Virus record (IMG/VR): IMGVR_UViG_3300013767_000020
Span: 1-31,098 of that record
Reading direction: 5' to 3' (one strand)
Origin: a virus
Taxonomy: Duplodnaviria > Caudoviricetes
DNA: 31,098 nucleotides
The position numbers and the translations under genes are program-made. Position 1 is the stretch's first letter, and each line of letters opens with the position of its first letter. Positions 1 to 8,934 of the stretch are shown here, one piece after another. Under the pieces are notes generated by a model. It was not told the origin of the DNA. It did not search any database and worked only from the letters and a program-made list of their open reading frames with translations.

Positions 1-222
1 CCGCACCTCATACCCCGCACGCAGCGCCAGCTCGGCCAGCGCGGCCCGAAACCATTCGAAGTCGCTGGCGGTATCCGGAACCTTGGCCAGAGGCCAGTCG
101 GGCTCGGGGATCTCCGGCGCCTTGCATGGCGTGCTTACCGGCACCTTCACCTCTACCGGCTTTTCGATGACTTGAGGCGCAGCGCATCCGGCCAGCAGCA
201 GGCAAAGCAGCGCGGCTCTCAT
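1..222 (-). CDS. Rz1: o-spanin lipoprotein (Rz1-like), runs off left edge
   Basis: Read by hand: AAGGAG RBS, ATG at 222 overlapping the Rz stop (ATGA); MRAALLCLLLAGC lipobox followed by Pro-rich EKPVEVKVPVSTPCKAPEIPEPDWP; not in the ORF track because it is truncated. Confidence 0.85.
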   Translation of the reverse strand, partial: MRAALLCLLLAGCAAPQVIEKPVEVKVPVSTPCKAPEIPEPDWPLAKVPDTASDFEWFRAALAELALRAGYEVR

Positions 223-638
223 GGCCGCTCCTTCGTGAACGTGACGCGCAGACCGTGGAGCGACGCGCAAGGATCAACGCCGGCCGTCTGTGCTTGGACC
301 TTTCCGGCCAGCAGGGTGTACTTCGATTGGGCCGCCTGAGCGTCGGCGTCGGCCTTGGCCGCCTGATACTGCCGCAGCTTGGTCTGCGCCTGCAGATCGG
401 CGACTGCGGCGTTTTGCGTGCCGAGCATGTTGGACAGTTCGCGGTTGTCGGTCTGTGCCTTGGTCAGATCGGACTGAGCCTGTGCCAGATCGGCACGCGC
501 CGAGTCGCGCTCGTGGCGGTAGACCAGCATCGAGCCGACGGCCAGCGCGAGAACAACCAGCACTGCGGCAACGAAGATGCGCTCGGGCGTGGCAAATATG
601 GCCCTCAGCGCAGTGCCGATGGCTTCAAGAATCAGCAT
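219..638 (-). CDS. Rz: i-spanin (Rz-like)
   Basis: N-terminal TM helix (IFVAAVLVVLALAVGSMLVY), Ala/Gln coiled coil, C-terminal Cys; directly upstream of a lipoprotein at the end of the lysis cassette. Confidence 0.85.
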   Translation of the reverse strand: MLILEAIGTALRAIFATPERIFVAAVLVVLALAVGSMLVYRHERDSARADLAQAQSDLTKAQTDNRELSNMLGTQNAAVADLQAQTKLRQYQAAKADADAQAAQSKYTLLAGKVQAQTAGVDPCASLHGLRVTFTKERP

Positions 639-1116
639 GGTGGATAACCTCCGTCGGGCTGAACTGGTAGCCTTCCCGCGCGTATTTCTGGGCGATCCAC
701 AGCGGGAAGGGCATGTCGTGGATACCGGCGTCCTTGCCGGTGTGGTGCATCTTGCAGAGCAGCAGCCCGTTGACCGTCATGTCGTCGACAAAGGCGTACG
801 GGTCGGCTGGATTGAAGGCGTCCCAGTTGAATGCCGCGGCGTGCGGACCAAGCGCGCCGGACTTGGCGAACTCGGCCACGCTGGCCCAGTCGATCATGTT
901 GGCCAGCGACCGCTCAATTGGGTGGTGGTGCGCCTCGAGCGGGTGGCCGCTCTCTTCCGCCGTGCAACCGCAGATCCAGCAGCGGCCGCCCTCGCGCGCG
1001 ATCAGCGCCTTCTTCGAATGCAGAAACAGTGGCGTGGTGGTGCGCGCCTCATGCCCCGGCAGCAGCACGTCGACGGCCAGCGTCTCTTTCTCTTCGTGGG
1101 TATCGGTGACGGCCAT
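625..1116 (-). CDS. HNH-like Zn-binding protein (163 aa) within the lysis cassette
   Basis: Start MAVTDT after GGAGGG RBS; CWICG...LEAHHHP...NGLLLCKMHH resembles an HNH beta-beta-alpha-metal motif. Confidence 0.6.
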   Translation of the reverse strand: MAVTDTHEEKETLAVDVLLPGHEARTTTPLFLHSKKALIAREGGRCWICGCTAEESGHPLEAHHHPIERSLANMIDWASVAEFAKSGALGPHAAAFNWDAFNPADPYAFVDDMTVNGLLLCKMHHTGKDAGIHDMPFPLWIAQKYAREGYQFSPTEVIHHADS

Positions 1117-1127
1117 AGGCCCTCCAG

Positions 1128-1157
1128 AAAAGCAAAAGCCCCGCGCGCGGCGGGGCT
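1128..1157 (-). terminator. Intrinsic terminator (minus strand)
   Basis: AGCCCCGC/GCGGGGCT stem followed by TTTTGCTTTT on the minus strand. Confidence 0.75.
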
Positions 1158-1175
1158 GGGTGGGGTGTGTCGAGG

Positions 1176-1472
1176 TCAGTCGACGTCGGGCAGATCGACC
1201 GTTTGGCCGGCCAGCGCGTGTGTGCAGTCGCCAAGGAACTGGATTTGCCCTTCCCTGACGAACGAATGGCAGACACGCTGCTCGCGGTCCTTTCCCCACG
1301 GATAAGTCACGAGAACAGACGGGGAGAATGTCGGCTTATCCATGCTGCCATTCCACTGCCAAAGGGGGTGTCCTGCGCCGGCAACGTGGACGACGTGCAG
1401 CATGTCGCAGCCAGGGCATTCGAATAGCAATGACTGCACGCCGTCTTCACGCTTAAACTCTTCGAGTTTCAT
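1176..1472 (-). CDS. Small Cys/His metal-binding protein, DUF6527-like (98 aa)
   Basis: ATG overlaps endolysin stop; FECPGC-x2-H...WQWNGSMDKPTFSPSV...CHSFVREGQIQFLGDCTH pattern recalled as DUF6527. Confidence 0.7.
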   Translation of the reverse strand: MKLEEFKREDGVQSLLFECPGCDMLHVVHVAGAGHPLWQWNGSMDKPTFSPSVLVTYPWGKDREQRVCHSFVREGQIQFLGDCTHALAGQTVDLPDVD

Positions 1473-1969
1473 GCCGATTTCCTCCCTTCGCAGTACGCAC
1501 GCGCCAGCGCGCGGCGATTGATCAACCCTTGTACGGGCTTGCCCTTGACGTTGACCCACAGCGACAGCGCCGCGCACGCGCCGGCCATGTCGCCAGCATT
1601 CGCCTTGCGGGCCATGCTGCTGCCGCAAAAGGCTGCGACACCTATGTTGAACGCCGTGTCGACAAAGGCAACCTTCTGCCCGTCCGTCAGCGGCGCGTGC
1701 ACACAGGCCATGACGCCCTCAGCATGCGCGGCCAGATCCTTGTCGAGCTGGGCTCGGCACTCGGCCGGCGTGTAGGTCTTACCCGCTTGAGCGTCCTCAG
1801 TGGCCCCGGTGCAGTACGTCAGCACGCCGCCGATGTCGCGGTAGGTCTTGTAGACGGTGGCCTCGTTCTTCGGGACCAACACCATCAGGGCCGCGGCCGC
1901 AGCAGCGCCGACGATGGCGACTAGGCTCTTACGCGATGAGAGAAAGCCGCCGACTGTAGGCTCAGCCAT
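1469..1969 (-). CDS. SAR endolysin, GH24 lysozyme
   Basis: Ala-rich weakly hydrophobic N-terminal SAR segment, E-x8-D-x5-T triad (NEATVYKTYRDIGGVLT), AFNIG and GLINRR motifs. Confidence 0.92.
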   Translation of the reverse strand: MAEPTVGGFLSSRKSLVAIVGAAAAAALMVLVPKNEATVYKTYRDIGGVLTYCTGATEDAQAGKTYTPAECRAQLDKDLAAHAEGVMACVHAPLTDGQKVAFVDTAFNIGVAAFCGSSMARKANAGDMAGACAALSLWVNVKGKPVQGLINRRALARAYCEGRKSA

Positions 1970-2360
1970 TTTTCACCCCCGCCACCGCATCGCGCGCATC
2001 CTGGACAACTTCAGCCAGATCCTTGTCCTTCCGCTTCTCGATCCAATTGAACGCCCACCGGACAATCGACCACGCAGGCAGCCCGCAGGCGAACACCAGC
2101 CCCAGCATGGCCACCAGACCAAAGGGGTCGTGCGCCCACGACTGCAGGCCAAATTTCATGATGACCGCCGACCCGCCGGCAATCGAGCCGACGACTGTCG
2201 AGGTCAAACCAACCGCCCACTCGCGCGGGCTTCGCGGTGTAGTGATGCACATGACGACGATGGAAGCTAAGCCCGCACCGATTGCACCGGCTGTCGCCGC
2301 GCCGCCTAGAAGTTTCCAGCCGGCTGCACCAGCGACGCTGCTGGTAATTGGTTCGGACAT
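1962..2360 (-). CDS. Putative holin
   Basis: Three hydrophobic segments, charged C-terminus, overlaps the endolysin start. Confidence 0.75.
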   Translation of the reverse strand: MSEPITSSVAGAAGWKLLGGAATAGAIGAGLASIVVMCITTPRSPREWAVGLTSTVVGSIAGGSAVIMKFGLQSWAHDPFGLVAMLGLVFACGLPAWSIVRWAFNWIEKRKDKDLAEVVQDARDAVAGVKNG

Positions 2361-2375
2361 GTGAGACCCCGGGAA

Positions 2376-2399
2376 GAAAAAAGCCGCTCAGAGGCGGCT
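2376..2399 (-). terminator. Intrinsic terminator upstream of holin (minus strand)
   Basis: AGCCGC/GCGGCT stem plus T7 on the minus strand. Confidence 0.7.
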
Positions 2400-2413
2400 G
2401 TGGTTGGTGTTAC

Positions 2414-2442
2414 TTGTAAACTCCGCGCTAATGTCTTAGCAT
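2414..2442 (+). promoter_or_regulatory. Putative sigma70 promoter of the plus-strand moron
   Basis: TTGTAA-17 nt-TAGCAT, ending about 40 nt upstream of the ATG at 2484 (GGGAGA RBS). Confidence 0.5.
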
Positions 2443-2483
2443 ACGCATGTGCTCAAAGCACAAACATTCACGGGAGAACAGCA

Positions 2484-3314
2484 ATGCAGTTCGTCAGAAG
2501 ATTCGTAGTGGCGGCAGTCGCCTGTCTAGTTACAGCCTGCGGTGGCGGCGAGGATTCCAGTCCAGCGCAACAGGCTCAGGTAACGCCAGTGACGACGCCC
2601 ACAAGTACTCCGGCGCCGGTAGCGGCGATTCCTGCGCCAGCGCCGGCCGCCACTTTGACACCCACGCCCGCTCCGGTCGTCGCGCCTGCACCAAAGCCGC
2701 CAACACCCATCCTCATTGAGGTCTACGGCGACGACGCGATGCGTGGCATGACGTCAATGATGGGCGTTGCACAGCAGAGCGAGACGGTTCAGTCGCAAGC
2801 GTTGCTTCGCGCTCAGTCCGGCGACGGAATCACGATCATCAACCGCGCGACGGGCGGCAGGTCAAGCAGCCTCAAGAACCAAATGAACGGCATGGACGGC
2901 AACGGCGCACCGTTCGCGGATCGCATCAAGACGTCAGCCGCGAGCATCGTCATAGACAACCATGCGATGAACGATGCGCTTGGCGGCGAGACGTTGGACG
3001 AATATCGCCAGTACCTGGCGCAGTGGGTCACCGCAGTCAGGGCGGCCGGCAAGACGCCTGTGTTGGAAGAGCCGAATCCGGTGTGTGATGGCGACCACCC
3101 GCGACTGGCGGCCTACGTGGCAGCAATGAACGATGCGGCGGTACAGTTCAGCGTGCCGCTGGTGAAGCAGTACGACTACATCCAGACGTTGCCGAACTGG
3201 CAGAGCCATATGTCAGGCTGCCTCTACCCAGACGAGTGGATGTTGCAGGTTAAGGGGCAGCGGCAGGCGGAGGTGCTGAGGCCGATTGTTGTGCACCTGT
3301 TGAGTGCGGAGTAA
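2484..3314 (+). CDS. Lipoprotein with Pro/Thr/Ala linker and SGNH/GDSL-fold domain (catalytic residues degenerate)
   Basis: Signal peptide with LVTAC lipobox; IEVYGDD block I-like, NRATGG block II-like, NHAMND block III-like, CLYPD block V-like. Confidence 0.75.
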   Translation: MQFVRRFVVAAVACLVTACGGGEDSSPAQQAQVTPVTTPTSTPAPVAAIPAPAPAATLTPTPAPVVAPAPKPPTPILIEVYGDDAMRGMTSMMGVAQQSETVQSQALLRAQSGDGITIINRATGGRSSSLKNQMNGMDGNGAPFADRIKTSAASIVIDNHAMNDALGGETLDEYRQYLAQWVTAVRAAGKTPVLEEPNPVCDGDHPRLAAYVAAMNDAAVQFSVPLVKQYDYIQTLPNWQSHMSGCLYPDEWMLQVKGQRQAEVLRPIVVHLLSAE

Positions 3315-3371
3315 CCCGCATCGATAAACAAGGAACGGAGCGATCTATGGCATCATTCCGTTTCCCCAAAA

Positions 3372-4595
3372 GTGGAAACAAAAATGGACCTGTTCAGTCC
3401 TTGGTATTTTGCTGCGATCATTTTCGTCGCCATGGTTGTCGTGTCACCAAAACGACTGTTCGCAAGCATAGATAGTGGATCAACGGCCGGCCGTCTTGAT
3501 ACGCTAGACGGATTGCGTGGCTTTCTGGCGCTCGCGGTATTTGCGCATCACGCGGCAATCACCTACGGATTCCTCAAAACAGGGAATTGGGCATTGCCGC
3601 CATCGAACTTTTACAAGCTTCTCGGCCAGACCGGTGTTTCCTTTTTCTTCATGATCACCGGCTATCTATTCTGGAGTCGCCTTCTTAATGCACGGGAGAG
3701 CGTTGACTGGAAAGGCTTGTTCATTGGTCGAATTTTCCGGATCGGGCCCCTCTATCTCTTTGCCGCCATTGTCGCGATCACTATTTCGCTGCACCGGACC
3801 AGTTGGTCGCTAAAGTATCCCATTTCTGATGTGGCGCTGCAGGTTGCCCAATGGCTGGCTCTTGGGTTGTATGGGCAGCCAGCAGTTAACGGTTACAACA
3901 CGGGCCAGTTACTTGCCGGCGTTACGTGGACCATTTACTACGAATGGATCTTCTATTTTGCGCTTCCGGCCCTGAGCATAGCGGCGGCATCACGTTCGCA
4001 TTTGGCGATCATCGTCACAGCGATCTGGATGATTCCGCGAATGCCCAGCGTATTCCCGGATCCGGAAAAATACCTTATCACCCTGTTTCTGTGCGGGATG
4101 CTGACGGCGTCGCTACACAAGAAGTTTCCGGGTATGTCGTTAAAATCACCCCCGTTTTCCGTCGCCGCGGTCTGCTTGCTTGGCTACCTTTACGCCAACT
4201 TTGATACTGCTTTCGACTGGACCGCGATCGCCATAATGATGGGATTCTTTCTTATCGTCGCCTCGGGATCCTCGTTGTTCGGTCTTCTGACCTCACGCCC
4301 CGCTCTCCGCCTCGGCAACATCAGCTACAGCATCTATCTCCTGCACGGCCTTACCCTGACCGCCATGTTCTCGCCCAAGTTCCCACTAGGCGCCTGGGCA
4401 ATGGCCAGCACCAGGCACTACTGGGCAGCGATCATGATCACTGCGATCGCGGTTGTACTCGTATCGATCGCTGCTTACCTGCTCATCGAGCGCCCCGGCA
4501 TATCCATCGGGAAGCAGCTCTCCAAAGCCCTGAAGACGGGCTATTGGAAGGCCGCACCGAAGAACGTGAATGCCGATCAGGTGCCAGCGGGATAG
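3372..4595 (+). CDS. Acyltransferase family 3 (OafA/Oac-like membrane O-acyltransferase)
   Basis: [60 protein letters not shown] motifs; about 10 TM segments; visibly lower GC than flanks; start may be the ATG at 3384. Confidence 0.92.
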   Translation: METKMDLFSPWYFAAIIFVAMVVVSPKRLFASIDSGSTAGRLDTLDGLRGFLALAVFAHHAAITYGFLKTGNWALPPSNFYKLLGQTGVSFFFMITGYLFWSRLLNARESVDWKGLFIGRIFRIGPLYLFAAIVAITISLHRTSWSLKYPISDVALQVAQWLALGLYGQPAVNGYNTGQLLAGVTWTIYYEWIFYFALPALSIAAASRSHLAIIVTAIWMIPRMPSVFPDPEKYLITLFLCGMLTASLHKKFPGMSLKSPPFSVAAVCLLGYLYANFDTAFDWTAIAIMMGFFLIVASGSSLFGLLTSRPALRLGNISYSIYLLHGLTLTAMFSPKFPLGAWAMASTRHYWAAIMITAIAVVLVSIAAYLLIERPGISIGKQLSKALKTGYWKAAPKNVNADQVPAG

Positions 4596-4987
4596 GCCGG
4601 CTGGTTCGGCAGGGGCTGGGTGGCGTCGCCGGAAGCCGCACCAACAATTGCGCGCAATGCCTTCCGGTAGGTTGCCCACGCCGTAGGTACGGAGACAGAG
4701 TTCTCAGCACATCGCAAGATGGTGATGTCCGACTTATCAAGCGCAGCCTGGGCTTTTGCTTGATAGGCTGACCATGCGGCGGCTGCCGCTTGAGCCGCGA
4801 GTTGTGCGGCAGTCGGCGCCACCAGCGCACCGCTCACCACCTTGTAGCCTGGCGTGCTAAGGCACGCCTGCCACTGAGAATCAGTGATCCCAATGGCGTT
4901 GACTCCAGCCGGCACCGGGCTGTCCTCACTGTCATAGAAACTGGTGATGTTGCCCTGAGCATCGTAAGCTGCGAATTTCTGACCCAT
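4577..4987 (-). CDS. Tail fibre assembly chaperone
   Basis: Follows the tail fibre; [13 protein letters not shown] and [11 protein letters not shown]...LPNQP pattern typical of Tfa-like proteins. Confidence 0.75.
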   Translation of the reverse strand: MGQKFAAYDAQGNITSFYDSEDSPVPAGVNAIGITDSQWQACLSTPGYKVVSGALVAPTAAQLAAQAAAAAWSAYQAKAQAALDKSDITILRCAENSVSVPTAWATYRKALRAIVGAASGDATQPLPNQPAYPAGT

Positions 4988-4989
4988 GA

Positions 4990-6300
4990 TTACCATCCGA
5001 TTGCGATGTAAGAGCAGGCAGCACCGTTACTGGCGGCGGCTCCGGTCGACCCAATGACGAGGTTGTAAGTGCGCGTTGATGTTGTTGCGATTACACCGTT
5101 CACAACAACGTTTCCATTGCCTGCGAATGAGACGTCATTCAGAAATGCATTGGGGAATGAAATAGGAAACGTCGCTACAGCCTGACCGGCGCCCCCGGCT
5201 ACAATTGCGTTGCCCCACTGAACAATCGCCGTTCTCAGGACACCCGACACCATGACGGGGATCTTGAGGTAACCGCTTGACGAAAGACTCGCTAGGAACT
5301 GCCCGATCTGCGCTGCGTGGTTGCTCTGCGTGGCGGGGGCGACCTGCAATGCTCCGCCGCTCGAATCGAGCATGATGTACGAGCCACCACCGATCGACGA
5401 GTTCCATTGCACCCACACGTCGCCGTTCTGGATCGTCTCGCCACCTTGCAGCGCGGCGTGAGCCCCACCAACCACAGAGACCGCGCCAAGCCCATCGTTG
5501 AGCGTCAGGGCACCGGTATTCGCGGCCGGTGCCTTGTACTTGATCACCATGCCGTCGACACGCTGCTGGAGTGCTGGTGTCAGGGCTACGACGTGGGCAT
5601 TCGCCGAGCCGGTCGCGACGGCGTACGACAGGTTCCCGGTCTGGATCGAGGAGAGCAGCGACGACGGCATGATCGGCGCGCCGGCTACCTGCGAGATGTT
5701 GCCTGCGGTGATCTGCGTCTGGCCGTTGGCCACGGTCACCACATAGAGGCCGGTATAGCCGGAATCCGCGGCGGGCGTGGTCTGGCTGCCGGTAGTGGCG
5801 GCGACGCCTGCCTTGGCCTGCAGCGTCACAATGCCCTTGCGAACAGTGGGTTGTGCCGTTCCGCTATTACCCGGACCTGACCACGCCTGAGAGGGATTGC
5901 CTGCGTTGTAGTACGGGAGCGCGACGTTTCACGAGTCGGAGTCTTGGTAGATCGCCTGGATCAAATAGGTGAGCGACTGGCCAACGGTCCCCGGCGCCGG
6001 GCATGACAAATTGACGGCATCGAGCACAACTCCCTGCTTCATGATGCTATGGGTCGTGTCGACCGGAAGCGACGAGTATTGAGTCGCATCGATGGCGACC
6101 AGGCTGTACATCTCGCCCGGATTCACGTTCACGGTCAAACTCGCCGGACCGGTCGGAACGCATGCCAGGCCATTGATAACCGTCGTGGTGCCGAGCATCG
6201 CTGCGGCGAGCTTCGCCAGCGCGACCATCGTGCTCTTGTTGGTGTTCAACAGATCCGCCTCAAGCGGAATCTGCCCGGCGTAAATGATCTGGCGGTCCAT
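4990..6300 (-). pseudogene. Tail fibre protein interrupted by one in-frame TGA (5929-5931)
   Basis: ORFs 5929-6300 and 4990-5829 share a frame; the 99 nt between them are open (NVALPYYNAGNPSQAWSGPGNSGTAQPTVRKGI); C-terminal GYLKIP...IVQWG...FPISFPNA fibre domain; position after the baseplate genes. Confidence 0.8.
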
Positions 6301-6316
6301 TCAGGCTCCAGGAATG

Positions 6317-6340
6317 AAAAAGCCCGCTCGAGGCGGGCTT
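6317..6340 (-). terminator. Intrinsic terminator after HNH gene
   Basis: AAGCCCGC/GCGGGCTT stem plus T tract on the minus strand. Confidence 0.75.
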
Positions 6341-6362
6341 GATGGTTGCGTGGGTGTGCTGG

Positions 6363-7043
6363 TTAGCTTTCGCGCATGCGAATGCTGATCCGATGGCGGT
6401 CTGCTCTAGGGGTGAGTGGCGCGGTCAGCGCCTTTTCGGCGGGCCATCCTTTATTCAGGCGCCTTATGATCGTGGCTGAGGCAATTCCTTTCCTCGCGGA
6501 CCACTCTGAGACTGTAAGCGTTTCGCCGAACGCCTCAACGTAGCGATTTGATCTGCGGTTGTTTGCCTGTTGGGCTGGCGTTGCCCACCGGCAGTTTCCG
6601 GGTTCATAGTTGCCATCCACCTCAATCCGGTCCAACGTAGTTCCGTCCGGGCGCGGCCCCATATCAGCGTAGAAGCTCTCGAACGACCCCGCCCACCTGT
6701 CGCAAACCTTTATGCCGCGCCCACCGTAGTTTTTGTGCTGCGGGTGATGCTCTTGGTTGCACCGCCTCAACATCTCGTAATACGCAGCCCACTCGACCCC
6801 ATGAGACAAACCATGCTTGCGATTTCCTAGGTTTTGCTCGCCTTTTCGCCCTCTGTAGCATCCGCACGATTTTGTATGGCCGGTAACGAGAAGTAGCGAC
6901 ATAACCGACTTCATCCTGCCGCATTCGCAGCGACACTGAACGTGCCACTTGGCATTTCTTCTGGCATCTAGCTTGAACGGCGCGCCGATGACGGTGAGGC
7001 GCGAAAATTTCGCGCCGACTGGGGTAAAATCGTGAGAAGCCAT
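6363..7043 (-). CDS. Free-standing HNH-type (homing-like) endonuclease
   Basis: CRCECG...TKSCGC, YGGRGIKVCDRW, TLDRIEVDGNYEPGNCRWAT...QANNRR motifs of a common phage HNH family; GGAG RBS. Confidence 0.85.
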   Translation of the reverse strand: MASHDFTPVGAKFSRLTVIGAPFKLDARRNAKWHVQCRCECGRMKSVMSLLLVTGHTKSCGCYRGRKGEQNLGNRKHGLSHGVEWAAYYEMLRRCNQEHHPQHKNYGGRGIKVCDRWAGSFESFYADMGPRPDGTTLDRIEVDGNYEPGNCRWATPAQQANNRRSNRYVEAFGETLTVSEWSARKGIASATIIRRLNKGWPAEKALTAPLTPRADRHRISIRMRES

Positions 7044-7120
7044 CGCTCGATCTCCAGTATCGGATGGTGGTCAGAAGCCCGCTCGGTGGTGGAACACCTT
7101 GCGGGCTTTGCTAATTTTAC
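7025..7120 (+). ncRNA. Predicted cis-antisense RNA module over the HNH RBS/start (copy 1)
   Basis: Plus-strand TAAAAT at 7025-7030, CCATC/GATGG hairpin, AAGCCCGC/GCGGGCTT hairpin, ATTTTAC; homologous to 17900-17995. Confidence 0.6.
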
Positions 7121-7136
7121 TGCTAAATCGTTATCT

Positions 7137-7805
7137 CTAGCTGGAAATATTGACCCAGACGGTCGTGGCTACGGGGCGTGTCGCCTCGATAGCCGCGTAG
7201 ATGTCGGCATCTGTAACCGCACCCTGGATCGAAGACATAGACGCGTAATCCGCCTGCGACGGCTGCGCATAACCGCCTGTCGAGATTCCATAGCCGGCGA
7301 CGTTCGGGATGCCGGTACCAGCCGGGCGATAGGCGATGACGAAACACTGGTACGGCATGAGCAGAGAGCCGTAGGCCCCGGCCACTCCATACCCAATCGT
7401 CGGGCCGCCATACGCGCCGGTATCGGCCGGTCGCGTCGGCTCGATGATTTTCGGCGTCCGCCCAGTCAGATCTTGGAGAGCCTTGACCATCCCGTTTCGT
7501 GTCGCGCGTTCGCGAAACAGGTTCAATCTGATCCGCGACCGAAACGAAGCGTCCGACTGATTGGCTGAGCGCTGCAACGACGCACCGAAAAAGTCGGCCG
7601 CGATCATGTCGAGCCAGCCATCTGTCGCGCTCAAAATCCGCGTCTGCAGCTTCGCGTAGGCGTAGAGGCTGTAGATGTACGCCCCCGAGTAGGCCAGTCC
7701 CTGCAGCAGCGCGTTCAGGATCGGTGATTGCGCTTCGTCGCCGAACCATCGCGGGAGGTAGCCCCGCAGCCGATGGTAGATGTCCTGCTGATCGCCGACG
7801 CTCAT
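7137..7805 (-). CDS. Baseplate wedge protein (P2 gpI/Mu gp48-like)
   Basis: ATDGWLDMIAADFFG...R..NQSDASFRSRI motif; follows baseplate J. Confidence 0.75.
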   Translation of the reverse strand: MSVGDQQDIYHRLRGYLPRWFGDEAQSPILNALLQGLAYSGAYIYSLYAYAKLQTRILSATDGWLDMIAADFFGASLQRSANQSDASFRSRIRLNLFRERATRNGMVKALQDLTGRTPKIIEPTRPADTGAYGGPTIGYGVAGAYGSLLMPYQCFVIAYRPAGTGIPNVAGYGISTGGYAQPSQADYASMSSIQGAVTDADIYAAIEATRPVATTVWVNISS

Positions 7806-8933
7806 TTAACTCACCACTACTGAAGACCACTTTACGACCTGCAAAGACGTCGCCGCCAGATCAGCCGTGCCGCCGTTTAGGGTGACTGCCGTGATGTTTG
7901 TCACGCCAGGCGAGGCGTCGTAAGCAACCTGCGCCAGTCGCGAATAAGGCAGCGTCTGGCCGAGCTTTAGGCTGTTGATGTAGTTCTTCAGCGCCGTCAC
8001 GATCAGGGCCTTGGTGGCTACCGGGTCATACCCGGCCGCAATGGCCGCGGTCATGGCTACTGTGGCATTCACGACCACCGGTGCAAAGACACCGAAGCTG
8101 CTGCAGAGCGGCCGAACTGCATCGATCGCGTTCGATGCCGACGATAGAAGCGTCGAGGATGGAGAGCCCGTCCCATCGTCGACTACGGCGAAGAAGTAGC
8201 CCATCTGCGTCGCGCCGCCGTAGGTCTGGTTCTCGACCAGCGAATAGCTCAGGCCCTGCTGAAGCGACGTGATGGCGTAACCGACTGCCGCCTTGGTTGC
8301 CTTCGACAGGCTTGCCACGTAGGCAATGAATCGCGTGCGCAGCGCGGCGTCGCTCTCGGCGTCGGCACCATTGGTGAAGGCCGCCGTGTTGGTGACCGTA
8401 TCGACGCCGGAGATCGCGCCGACGATGGTCGACACAGCGCCTATGACGGCATTACCAGCCGCGCCAGAGACGACCGCCTGAACTGGCACATTCACGCTCG
8501 CCACGCCGGCCGCGATCACATAGCCGCCCAGCGTCGCGCTGTACGCCGGATTCGTCGTGTCCACCACCACGTTGAACTGCTGCGTGCCGTCGGCGGTTTG
8601 GACAACGGCAGTCAACGGAACGACAACCTGCTGCGTCGTCGTGAACCGCGAGAATGTGACGGTGCCGGTGGCAGCCACCGCAGCGAGTCGCGTCACGCCG
8701 AAGTCCGCCACCCACGAATCGAGATCCGCGCCGCTCGACGTCGCCGCACGGGTGATGGCCAGCACCTGCATGATCAGGCCCTGAAGCCAGATCGTCACTG
8801 CGGCGTTGGCTTCCACGACGGCGCGCAGGATAGAGCCGACCGTGAGGTCAACCAGCACCTTCGCGTAACCTTGGATCGTGGATACCTGGTTTCGTACCAG
8901 GGTTACCCAGTCCTGCACCTGAATGGATGCCAT
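7806..8933 (-). CDS. Baseplate J/gp47-like protein
   Basis: GADLDSWVADFGVTR..A..ATGTVTF, GAAGN, NGADAESDAALRTR motifs. Confidence 0.92.
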   Translation of the reverse strand: MASIQVQDWVTLVRNQVSTIQGYAKVLVDLTVGSILRAVVEANAAVTIWLQGLIMQVLAITRAATSSGADLDSWVADFGVTRLAAVAATGTVTFSRFTTTQQVVVPLTAVVQTADGTQQFNVVVDTTNPAYSATLGGYVIAAGVASVNVPVQAVVSGAAGNAVIGAVSTIVGAISGVDTVTNTAAFTNGADAESDAALRTRFIAYVASLSKATKAAVGYAITSLQQGLSYSLVENQTYGGATQMGYFFAVVDDGTGSPSSTLLSSASNAIDAVRPLCSSFGVFAPVVVNATVAMTAAIAAGYDPVATKALIVTALKNYINSLKLGQTLPYSRLAQVAYDASPGVTNITAVTLNGGTADLAATSLQVVKWSSVVVS

Positions 8934-8934
8934 G

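Noticed and set aside
2580-2712. Low-complexity repeat or array
   Set aside because: Encodes the Pro/Thr/Ala linker of the lipoprotein; no regular repeat-spacer structure, and no CRISPR array anywhere in the window
4990-7043. Tail fibre diversification system (invertase or DGR)
   Set aside because: No recombinase or reverse transcriptase, no inverted crossover sites and no template/variable repeat pair seen
6363-7043. HNH or GIY-YIG genes as group I intron or intein cargo
   Set aside because: All lie between intact genes; no interrupted host gene or intron core elements recognised
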